Below, piece by piece: positions 13,542 to 24,499 of a DNA stretch of 64,000 bases (the stretch's first letter is position 1; each line of letters begins with the position of its first letter). Source of the stretch: Dudresnaya verticillata (taxonomy: Eukaryota); contig OZ374560.1 of NCBI GenBank assembly GCA_977862235.1, positions 1,178,001 to 1,242,000 of the forward strand, in the 5' to 3' direction. The notes under the pieces were generated by a model. It saw only the letters and a program-made list of their open reading frames with translations, was not told where the DNA came from and did no database searches. A program made the position numbers and the translations under genes.

Positions 13542-15246
13542 GCGATATCGTCGGTTGACGTTCTTTTTATAACCCGCTCACGGCGAAAATAAACATGGTC
13601 CCCCTTTGGACCACACTTTGACGTTCCCGGAATACTTTTCCAAGCGTTTTCCCTGAGCGACGCCCCCCTCCATAGCGGGCGATACCGCGCAGCTGCTACA
13701 GATTTCTGGCAGCTCCCCATTCCCATTCCTAGTTAGCACCGCCATCTGCAGCACCTCCAATCCCGGACATCCCGGTAGATCTCTCCAGCCTCAGTTTGGC
13801 CAACTGCTTCGAAGCCTCCAACTCCAATTTGGACGTCAAAGCCTCCCTAGCTGACCTATAGGACTAAGATGAAACTGCGGCGTCACCCTGTTCGACTAGG
13901 AAGGCCATCTGCCTAGCGAGTTCGACTCGCTGTTCCACGATATCCTTGAAGTACTGTCAACGCACGCTTAATACTTCAAACACCGCCTTGAATGACTCTT
14001 CGTCCAAAGCTAAACGTTTCCCAAACTCCTCTGTGTCTCCCTTGTGAAGATCCGTCTGAATATTTTGCTACCACCATTGCAAACAAACCAATTTCTGTTC
14101 AAACGCCTGCAGCATTTATATACTCCCATTCTTTTTGCCGATCATCGATCCATGTGCTGGAGTTCTGAAAGGAAAGCAGCGGCCGGAGGTTGAAGCATAC
14201 CATGTGCGTAACGGGCACGTGAGTCCCCCGGTCGAAGATGCTTACTTCTCCAACCATCCTTGCGGTACTCAATTCGGTCACCACGACCCCAAACGCGACT
14301 CGTTTCGGTTTTCAAGTCACCCTCGCCGCTCGAACGGCATGCAATGCAACCGGAATCGTCACGTCGGGTTGATCGAACATAGTCAGCTTTAGGTTCACGC
14401 ACGGTTGGAAGATGTCGCCACCCTCGGGATGAAGGGGAAGGTTTCTCAAAGCGAGAAACAGACGTGCCATGACGGAGGGTGCCGATCGGCCTGCGTTCGG
14501 ATGTGCTGAAGTGGCCTCGGAAGCTGGTTCCAGCCCAGGATCCCGCGCTTGTGTCTCCGAGTTTCGCTTCGTGCTTCCCTCCGTGTTGCGCTTCGCGTTT
14601 CGCTTCGCGTTTCGCTTTATGCGATACGCGTCCCGGGGAGACAGTGTGCGGTGGGACAGCTCGGGTCTTGGGTACGCGTGGCCCGGTCGGACCCGTTGAT
14701 CCCAATCTGCCCGCTGCTCCTCCTACAGCCCATTTTCATTGCTGTACAACTGCGTACAGTGTAACGTTAATCCCTCTTGCCTCCAAAAGCCTTCTAGCGT
14801 GTGGGCGGTGGAGGCTAAATACTTTCTCTGCCGCCGGCGACCGACGGCGGCACTGAGCTTGATCAGGATTCCCTAATCCAAATCAAATTGCGCCCGGCCC
14901 CGCAGAGAGCACTGTGCGGCAACAGATTTGTTGCTTGTTGAAATAGGAAAATGGCTAGAATAGGTGCGGCATACGATTCATGTACAGTACAGTGCGCGAA
15001 ATAAGTATACGACCACCGGTCCCCGTCGAGCCCTATGAGGGGGTACGTCGGAAATAAATACTCAATCCGAAAACGGATTACACCGCCAGAAAGCGCAGAA
15101 TCAAGGCTTTTGACTGTTGTACGCAGTGTATCTGTGGGGTAAATAAAAAACTGGGAAACGATTTTATCGAGCGAAATTACTTACGGCCGCGAAGAAAATA
15201 TTGTGGCCAATCAGAAAAATTAAATCGTACGCGGACAGAACGCTCG

Positions 15247-17169
15247 ATAGTACTTCGTGTTGCGCCCATTCACGATAAGCACGTCGGCTAGCCTCTTGGG
15301 AATAGACTTATAGAGGGATTCAATGTAGTCTAGTCAGATAGAATTCCGCGCGACTAGCAGCGCCTCCTTCAGCTCGGTTTCGTTCGCAAACTGCCGCCCA
15401 TCCTTGTACACAGCACGCGCCAGCTGTCCCCAGAGGATCCCAATGATATTGAGGTCTGGGGACTTCGCGGGCTGTGGTGCAAACGCGTCCGATGACGAAC
15501 TGCACCTCCGGACCCTTCGTAGTTCGGTGGGTAGCCGCTGGAAGCGGGTAGGGTGGTAGAGCTAAGGGAACTCGCCAAGGGCGGACTGTAAACGCCCCGG
15601 GCGGTAAAAGGGAAAACAAGAGAACAAAAGGGAAAAGGAGGGCAAAGAGAAACACGTCTTGGACGCAGTGCGGACGCGGAAGCGCGGTAGGTCAGATGCT
15701 TGGGCCTCAAGGCTAGCGAGTAGGTACACGTAGCGCGAGAAGGGTAGTCTGGACCAAGGCCGGCTTGCCGGGAGTTTACCTCAACGTCTGGGACGCATCA
15801 ACTAAGTATAGAACTACCTATCGGCGGTGGTGCGTGCGCGCGCGCCGCGCGGGAAGTCGGGACACGTGTTGTCCCGAGGCGCGTCTGACAGATCCGTCCG
15901 TCATGCAGCCGCGCGTCCGACAGATCATGCGTAGCTTCACTGCTCGAGTCCTTACACATACACGTGGATGTACTTCCTTACAGCCGCACGCGTCCCGTGG
16001 AGCGTGTGATCTCGATCCGCACTAATCCCGATCCAATCCGGATTCGGGCCAGCCATGCGGATGCGCCGGGCTTACAGGCGCGTGCCTTACACCTCTTGAT
16101 CCCGATGTCTGATCTCAATGTGGGATCCCGATTGGACCCGGATCCGGGCCACGCTTACAGCGAACGTTCCCGCCACTGTGCCATGCGCGCACGCGTGGCG
16201 CCGTACAGTGCTCCGGGGTCGGGCGTGCGGTCTGTACGCCAAATGAGCCGTTCTGGCCCGGGTGGCCAGCGGCATGCGTCGGTGACGTGTTTGCGCCGTG
16301 GGCGGGTTGAGCGCGCCGTTGGCGCTCGCCCGTCGGTAGACGCGGACATATCAACCCGCTTGAAAGCGAAAAAGGGGCTCCCCTGGCACTGCACGCGCCA
16401 CGGCAAAACGTCGACATTATGCTCCTTAAACCATTCCGTCGTCTCCCGAGAACGATGCACCGATGCATTATCCTGCTGAAAAACCCACCTTTCCCCTAGG
16501 GTTTCTGCCGCGAACGGCAGCAAGTTACGCCGCAGAACGCCGCAATACCGCGACGAGTTCATGTTGCCACGAACAATGACCATATCGGACACGCCGTACC
16601 ATGATAAAGCAGCCCATATCATGATCCCGCCACCTCCGTTCTGTCGCTTAGAAAAAATGCGTTCCTCGCATCTTAAGTCGTGCCAGTAGGACCTCCAGTC
16701 GTCGGGATCATCCAGGTTGAATTTCTTTTCGTCCGAGAAGATAACCTTCTTCCACCCAGAGACCGACCTAGAGATATACTCCCGTGCGAATTTCAGCGGG
16801 GCATAATAATGCCTTTGCACCATCTGCGGTGCCTTCTTCACCTTCTTATATTCTGAGCTGGGTCCTCCTGCATCAATTGTTGGATCCTGCGGACACTCAC
16901 TCCGATGTTCAGTGACTGCTTGAGGTCTCGAGCGGGGGCATGACCCTTCTTTGCCTCGCGCAGGACAGCCCGCCTCTGCTGCTTTGATATTGCAGCCGGT
17001 CGTCCGACCTTTTCACCGGCGTTTTGCGTGCAGTGCCCTTCAAAAAGCTGGCGACGACCATCGGCGAGCGCTGCAGAGCCATTGCAATGGCTCGGATGGA
17101 CTTCTCCTCCGCTCTAAAGGCCAGGATGTGCCCCTTTTCGCAGCCCAAGAGTGCAGGCCCGCGCCCCAT
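15247..17169 (-). pseudogene. Tc1-family DDE transposase, split by a solo LTR and frameshifted
   Basis: MGRGPALL HTH start; VIFSDEKKFNLD, IMIWAALS and VFQQDNASVH motifs. Removing the LTR restores WPAKSPDLNII...NGRNTKY. Confidence 0.92.
15473..16393 (-). mobile_element. Solo LTR (921 bp, related to C) inserted in the Tc1 transposase
   Basis: Termini TGTGGTGCA...GCACTGCA; TSD CGGGC/CGCGC (4/5). Inverted homolog of 21634-22545. Confidence 0.9.
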
Positions 17170-17464
17170 TTTGGAAGGTCGGGATGGAGAGGTGGGGGTC
17201 GGGAAAAGGGTGTGGACGCTTCCGCAATGCACGGTCTTGGGTACTGTACTTCCGGTTTGCCGCCAAATGCAGTCGTTGTGGCATTGTAGCCTTTTTAGAT
17301 CATTAGAGAGATTATGCAATCGTAAAATTCGTGACTGGACCAGCACTCTTCGTTACACGCATGGCGCGTTGCAGACGTGAGGAAAATTTCAGACTATTTA
17401 CCATTCATTTTTCTCTCCTGGTGCGCTGGAGAGAAAACTCTTTCTTTCCGTTGCCGCCAACTTC

Positions 17465-18469
17465 ATGCTGAAAGCCACTTTCGTGTACCACACCTCGCAC
17501 GCCGCCTTCCCGAGCACACCGCTGGGTAAGCACAACCGCCGACATCATGGCGCAAGTGCGACCTTCCTCGCGCAGTCCCACTCCCCCTCCTTCGGCCCCA
17601 ACGCCTCCGCCACCTCTACCGAGGCAGCCCACGCCGGCTACGCCCGAAAACGCTCTCCCATAATCGTCAAGCGCGCCCGGAATGGGCTCAAGCGATTCAG
17701 CTACACACCCGGATGGGACCGCCTTCTTCTGAAGGCCATCATGACCTCCAAAGCGCACTTGGTAGCACATGGTCAAGCCACAGTTCGATTTGAAGAAGCT
17801 TGCAACCTCTTGATCTAAGCCGCACCTTCCGGCAGCCTGCGAAACGTGGCTAAGCCGGGTTGGAAGTCTTTGCGCGACCGATTCAAGAAGATTGCAGGGG
17901 AGCGTCGGAAAGCCAACAAAGCGACTCAAGCTGCTTCTGGAATCGAGGAGGAAGTGGGGAACGCGAGATGCTGCTGGATGACATGATATTGGAGATGGAC
18001 GAAGTCGAGGAGCAACGTCGAGCTGACCGTAACGAGAAGACCGAATCGGAGCGACGTCTCGTGGATGAAGGTGCAACTATTCGCGATGATGTTTTGAGCC
18101 GTGCAGCACCGCGCTGCAGTGCAGGACCTATTGATGACGACGAGTCCCCGCATTCTGCTCCTTCATCTTCCCGAAAGAGCAAGGCGCGGAATGACTCTGA
18201 CGATGAAGATCATCATGATGGAGGACATGAGCGAGCGTCGCGCAGCAGATTCCAAGCGACTCAAACTTTAAGAACAGCGCTTCGACCTGGAGCAGAAAAG
18301 GGACCAACGGCACCAAGAAGAAGCACATCGTATAAATGAGCTATAGAAGAGGCGCTTGGAGCTGGATGAAAAGAATGGAGCGGTGAAGATGGAGGAACGC
18401 AAGCAGTCGCTAGCAGAGAGGAAGGGTCTCGTGGATGTGCTATCAGCGCTAGCGGAAAAGCTTCAATAA
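17465..18469 (+). pseudogene. H1 Myb/SANT-like accessory protein (stops and frameshifts)
   Basis: KRFSYTPGWDRLLLKAI...WKSLRDRFKKI...SGIEEE followed by a charged coiled-coil tail, as in Harbinger accessory ORFs. Confidence 0.7.
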
Positions 18470-18578
18470 ACGTGCTCCCTTATCAGTACTGCGGCCCGGC
18501 CTTCCGACCTCGCTGGCGCTCGGTCGTTGGCCGGGCCTTGGCTGCGGACTTGGCCCTCGCGCCTCGGCTCCGCAATAA

Positions 18579-20275
18579 TCATGAAGACGTAGAGCTGCTG
18601 GTGTAGGCTTCTAGAGTCGGGGCGGCACATTCGAAGTAAGATGCTATCTGCCAGCCATGGCCGAGGCAAAATTTGAAGTTTCACAGCAGGGCGGCAGCCT
18701 TGTATAGTAGCGTGATTGGTGCCGCGCGCACCTTTAGCATACGCTTGAAATCTTGAGAGGACCACATCTGTTTTGTGTCTTTGTAGCTCCACTCCACGGC
18801 TTCTCGGATGGCGCTCATAGCAGTGTTGAACACCATCTGCTCCGGCGTGGCAACAAGCCGGCTGTACGCGGTTTGAAGCCATGGCCACAGCCTGTATGCA
18901 GCGTCACCGTACAGGTAGTATTGTATTCCATTAATGACCATGCCGGTCTCCATTTCTTCCTCTATCGCGCTGCTCCTTAGTGCGGCACAACGGCGATTTG
19001 CGCCAAGTGGGCGTAGTACGCTGTAAGTCGTAACAGGCCAATGCCCTGTAAGACGCTGTCATTGCTGGGCTTCGCCAGGATGTGATATGTGATTGGCGCC
19101 TGGCGCGAAATCACCCGCGCCTCAGACGCGCAATTGAACATTGGTGTGGCGCTGGGATATTTCCCGATTATACGCCGCCACAGGGGCGTGAATCCGCCTC
19201 CCATTGCTCAGTGCAATTTGTGTACAGTGCACTGTATTGGATAGTATTAGCACGGGCACAAGCCCTATTTATTGGTCCCCTGAGTGGCAGGGCACCCCTG
19301 ATTGAACCCCACGGGGCGTTTCTCGGTCTTGCCCATTTTCTGGATTCCGGACGCTTCCCGTTCCCTTTCTGGACGCTAACTACAGGTTCGTCACCGTACA
19401 GCAGGTTCCCTTCGGAATACCGGGTCGCGTCCCCCTTTTCCCTTTTCCTGGCCTAGTGCCATTCTACCAAGCCTCTACCACACCCGAGCTACCCGTGAGC
19501 ACGACGGTTCCGGACAGGTGTCCTTTGTTCTCTTTGGTCTTCCTGGACTGGACCCGTTGTGCTACACTTAGTAGTGTCAGGTCGTCACGTCTTCCGTCCT
19601 GCGGTCCATGGAGATGGAAAATAAAACCATCAAGCGTGGTAATAGTCTGGTATGTGAGGCAGTGCTTGCGCTTGTTGTGCCGCACTTGTGGCCCAAGTAT
19701 ACGCTGCGCTGCATGCTACCGTCACCGCCAGGCCTGCACATCTCTATCTTGGTACAGTCTATAAAGCCCACTCATTTTGGCAGCGGCGCACCTTTCCTCT
19801 CGATAGCAGAAGCATAGATGGGTGCCCTTTCACCCAAGAGGTACATCGGAAAGCTACTAAACCGTTCACTCTGCGCCGCCAACAAGCATTCCACTTGCTC
19901 CCAGAAAATCTCGCTCATCTTGCTTGCGTGCATTCCGAATAGAAGCTCAAGGTCGTACCATCGACATGGGGCAGCAAGTTTGCGTAGAACGATGCAGCAC
20001 GCTGTTATACTGTCACATCTATACCTACTACGCTTCGTTTTGCCTCCGTGCCAGCTCATCAATCTTGCTATTCGCGGGATCTCACTGACCTTGAACCTGA
20101 ACTGCGACAGGGCATCCAGTTCGCTGTACACGTTCAAATTGAACCGTGTGGAGGAGATTTGCATACCGCGAACGTTGACCTTGGGCAAGTCTAGCTTTCC
20201 CGTCTTGAGCTTGTTGTTGTACAGGCGATGCTGCAGCATAGGATGGCTCTCCCCAGCGATCGAAGCCGGCAGCAA
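18579..20275 (-). pseudogene. H1 Harbinger-type DDE transposase (HARBI1-like), split by a solo LTR
   Basis: FRF, LRKLAAPCRWYDLELLFG, GFIDCTKIEMCRP, YLGHK, YLYGDAAY and FNTAMSAIREAVEWSY motifs. Confidence 0.9.
18981..19566 (+). mobile_element. Solo LTR (586 bp) in the H1 transposase
   Basis: Termini TGCGGCACAAC...GTTGTGCTACA; perfect TSD CTTAG at 18976-18980 and 19567-19571. Confidence 0.92.
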
Positions 20276-20850
20276 CTACCTGCTGTTACTCACCTTTCGG
20301 CGAGTCGCACCGACGCTGAAGTCCTTTTGGTGCATGGCGGTATGTGCCGCGTGTAGTAGAATGGCCACGGGGCCAGGTAGAACGGAAACCACCAGGACAC
20401 CTGTCCTATGGCCAACGCAAGCTTCGGTAGCTCGGGGGAAAAGGGGTGCTGGTAGAGACTTGGGAAAAAGGCGCAAAGCCTAGGAAAAGGGGGAAAAAGG
20501 AAGGGCGTCGTTACCCAGCTCGCACAGAGCCTCCGTCGTGCGGAGACAAGGCTCGTAGAGCGCCTGAAATGGGCGAAAGGTACGGTGAGTCCGTGAATTC
20601 CAGAAAAAGGGCAAAAGACCCAAACCCACCGTAGGGTTCTATTCAGGAGGCCCCTGCTACTCAGGGGCCTACTAAGTATAGCAGAGCCGGAAATACTCTT
20701 ACCTCCTATAAGCTATTCTAAGCTATTCTAGCTGTAATTATTATTCTAATAGCCCTCTTTAATTAAGGAAAACCCTGTTAGAAATAAACCCCCGTTTCCA
20801 GCCAGCTGCTAATTGCGAATAGGAAGCATGCCGTTAGTTTTTCTGCTATT

Positions 20851-23033
20851 TTGATGCAGCAACCCACCAATACCGTCCCCCCTCCGCCGTGCAGCAGCGC
20901 GATGGATGTTGATGACGATCTTGTCGCTCTTGCGCTCATGGAGCAAGCGTGCTCCGAGGCCTGCAATTCGACACGGCTACTGGCGCAGGTGGCGTCGTTG
21001 GCCGCGTGCCCCACACACATGGCAGACTCAGAAGATAGCTCTGGGGAGGATGGACCGGGAAGAGGTAACACAGCAGATGGTGTGCCGAAAGCAGTGTACG
21101 CAAAGCGCGAAAACGACAGCTTCTAAGAGCAGGTGCGAGATATCGACGCGGATGTTCTCCTGTTCGACAAGCTCGTCCACATCAGCCGGGAAGAGTTCGA
21201 TGCGTTACTGGACGAGGTTAGCATACAACTTAGCAAGCCGATGAACGTCAGACTAGAAGTGACTGAAGAGGATAACGCTCTTCGCGCTTCCCGTAAACGA
21301 CGTTTGTCCAACGCTGAGCTCTTGTTTATGTTCTTGTATATGCTAGGAGGGGTCGGATGAAGGTGGCATAGGGGTCGAGCGTACTGCACTATCGTCCAAC
21401 ATATCTATAGGTACAGTATCCAACTACTTTCGCCACACGCTTTATAGTCTGTACACCGCCCTGTGGAAGAAGAACCTGCGCTTATTCGCTGGCCAGGTCT
21501 GGAAGAAAGGAAGGAAATGGAAGGTCTTATCATCGGCTTCCCACAGTGCGTCTTCTTTGTAGACGGAAATAAGAACAGGCGCTGGCGACAAAAGAACGAC
21601 GAGGAGCAGGAACGCGCTTATGATGGCTATAGGTGTAGCGCCAGGGGGGGTCCCCCGTTTTCGCTTTCAAGCGGGTTGATATGCAGCGTCTACCGACGGA
21701 CGACCGCCAACGGCGCGCTCAACCCGCCCGCGGCGCAAACACGTCACCGACGCATGCTGCTGGCCACTTGGGCCAGAACGGCTCGCTGGGCGTGCAGACC
21801 GCACGCCTGAACCCGGCCACTGTACGGCGCCACGCGTACGCGCATGACGCAGTGGCGGGAACGTTCGCTGTAAGCGTGGCCCGAATCCGGATCCAATCGG
21901 GATCCCACATCGGGATCCCACATCGGGATTAAGGGGTGTAAGGCACGCGCCTGTAAGCCTGGCGCATCCGCATCGCTGGCCCGAATCCGGACTGGATCGG
22001 GATTGCTGCGGATCGAGATCGCTCGCGCCATGGGGCGCATGCGGCTGTAAGGAAGTAATCCACGTGTAAGTGTAAGGACTCGAGCGGGGAAGCTACGCGT
22101 GATCTGTCAGGAGCGCGGCTGCATGACGGACGGATCTGTCAGACGCGCCTCGGGACAACACGTGTCCCGAGTTCCCGCGTTACGCGTACATCCGCGTCGC
22201 CGCCGATAGGTAATTCTATACTTAGTTGATCCGTCTCAGACGTCACAGTAAACCCCGGCAAGCCGGCCTTGGTCCAGACTTCCCCGTTCAGCACGCGCGT
22301 ACCCTACCACTGCCTACGGCTAAGCATCTACCTCCCGTGCTTCCACGTCTCTACCCGTCCTTGACGTGTTCTCTTTTTGTTTCTTCTGTTCTTCCTTTCC
22401 GCCTCGGGCGTTTACAGTCCGCCCAAGGCGAGTCAATTGCTCTACCACAAGTCGCCCAAGGCGGGGCTACTCACCGCCCAGGACGTCGCTACCCACCGAG
22501 CCCCGAACTGCTCGGCGGTGTTCCGTCAACGACGTTTGCACTACAATAAGCGTACGCACGCCTTCTCCATCCTGGCTTTCTGCAACATATTCGGTTGCTT
22601 TATACGCCTTGAGATAAGCGATAAGGGCGCAGAGAGCGACCGCACGCTCTATACAGAGTCTGACGTATACCAAAACCCCGGTCAGTACCTCAGTGAAGAC
22701 CAACAAGGCATGGCAGATAAGGGCTTCAGCGGGGATGGAGACATGGTAGTACCGTACAAATCAAACGAGAGCACTGAACGGTTGCTTCGCGGGGAGCATA
22801 GTCCAGACATTCGACGGCAATGCATGGTGAACGAGTGGGGAATAGGGTATGTCAACAATCGTAACCGTCTCTTCCTAGGAAGGTGGCCGTTCGAAAAGCA
22901 GCTCTTCCCGGTTGCTTACAAGACTGCCGCAATGCTCGCGAAATGGCGCTGTGATTTCCGCGGGTACGCGTTACAAACGATTGAAAGGTACGAAAGAAGG
23001 CTTGCCGAGTCAAACAAGTCGGACTTAGAGTAG
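20851..23033 (+). pseudogene. H2 Harbinger-type DDE transposase, split by a solo LTR
   Basis: ISREEFDALL, IRWP, GFPQCVFFVDG; restored YDGYKRTHAFSIL; MADKGF and IRRQCMVNEWGIGY. Confidence 0.88.
21634..22545 (+). mobile_element. Solo LTR (912 bp, related to C) in the H2 transposase
   Basis: Termini TGTAGCG...CACTACA; TSD ATAGG/ATAAG (4/5). Excision restores the reading frame. Confidence 0.9.
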
Positions 23034-23349
23034 GTTTACGGCTACAAAGAGGGGCTGTCGGGGATGGCAAAACTGCCTTCTAAGAGAGTGACAACGGCCC
23101 GCAAGTGGTGTCAGAAAGTGACACGTGTTCTTTGAGGCCTGAAAATCGCTGGGGGGCGTGCCGGGGCTTCGCCCCGGACCCTGCTGGGGCTGCGCCTCAG
23201 ACCCCCTCTACTCTTTAGGTTCAGCGGGCTCCTCAGAAGCAGCGTAATCTGCAGCAGCCTCGAGTTCCAGCGGAAGCGGTTGTGTCTCGATCGAACCAGG
23301 CATCGGTGTTGTCGGCTTCGTCACTTGCAGGTTGTGACGGGCAGCATAC

Positions 23350-23994
23350 TGTGGAAGAATGAGCCGCAGCAGGAGTGCTGGCGCACTGTAAGTCATTTGT
23401 GCGCATCAAGGGGTAAGACGCCCACGCGCATCAAGCTGTAAGGTGCGCACAAGCACCGTGCGCTGTAAGGGCGATGCGTCTCGCTGGCGTCCCTGCTGGC
23501 ACCAAAATTGATGGCAAATTGCCATTGGGTAATTTATTGTGGCCGCTCACGCGTCCCGACACGGTAATACCACTAATCCGTATTTATAACTGACAACAGT
23601 ACAATTAGATTAATAATGACAGTTAGAATAGCTGAGAATAGCTCATAGGAGGTAAGAGCATTTTCGGCTCTGTATAATTAATAGGCCCCTGAGTAGCAGG
23701 GGCCTCCTGAATAGAACCCACGGTGGGTTTCGGGTCTTTACCCTTTTTCTGGAATTCACGGACTCACCGTAACCTCCCTTTCAGGTGCTTTACGAGCCTT
23801 GCCTCCACACGACGGTTGCTCTGTGCGAGCTGGGTGGCGCCGCCCCATTCCCCCCTTTTCCCTTAGGCTCTGTGCCTTTCAAAGACTCTACCAACCCCTT
23901 TTCCCGAGCTACCTAAGCTAGTGTGTTGTGCACCGTCAGGACAGCTGTCCTTGCCGGTTGTCGGGTTTCTGCCTTGACGGGCAATACTACTACA
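23350..23994 (+). repeat. 5' LTR of A1
   Basis: TGTGGAAG...CTACTACA; direct repeat of 35588-36232. Confidence 0.97.
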
Positions 23995-23995
23995 G

Positions 23996-24016
23996 TGGTC
24001 TCCCGACCTAGAATCG
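23996..24016 (+). promoter_or_regulatory. Primer-binding site of A1 (tRNA-Tyr-like)
   Basis: TGGTCTCCCGACCTAGAATCG, 1 nt after the LTR; complementary to a tRNA 3' end ...TCGGGAG-A-CCA. Confidence 0.9.
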
Positions 24017-24499
24017 TTTTCTGGGTCGGCCCCTTTTTACTACCTCATCCGCAAGTCGTCGTTCGGACCTTCCCACGGGACGAGAATTTCCCGTGCAAGA
24101 ATTCAAGGAACTACTTCCTGAGGGTGAAATCCTAGTCGGCCAAGTGTCGACGGTTTCTCAGCTTCATACCAGCTTCGAAGTTGCGTCAAATTCGAGGCAA
24201 GCAACTGCCACCGCTTCTGCGGTTTTTAATCGTGTACAAGGAACAAGATCCTGGTCGTGGAGTGACGCCCCTTCAAGGAACTCTTCCTGCAGGTTATCGT
24301 GATACCTGTCAACAAAAACACGTCTGTATACGGGCTGTGCGGGCGCGCGCGCTGGGAGTTCCACGCGGACAGAATCGCCCGTAACCCCGAGAACTACGGT
24401 TCTGAGAAGTTTGCCATCCTTGGGAGACGTTCCCCGATTAGTGCAACCACAGGACCGAATCCTACGTTTTAAGGTTGTCGATAACAACCTCGTTAGAAG

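Noticed and set aside
13550..14860. Minus-strand helical protein remnant and 12-bp GTTTCGCTTCGC repeats
   Set aside because: Fragmented across frames; no family could be recognised.
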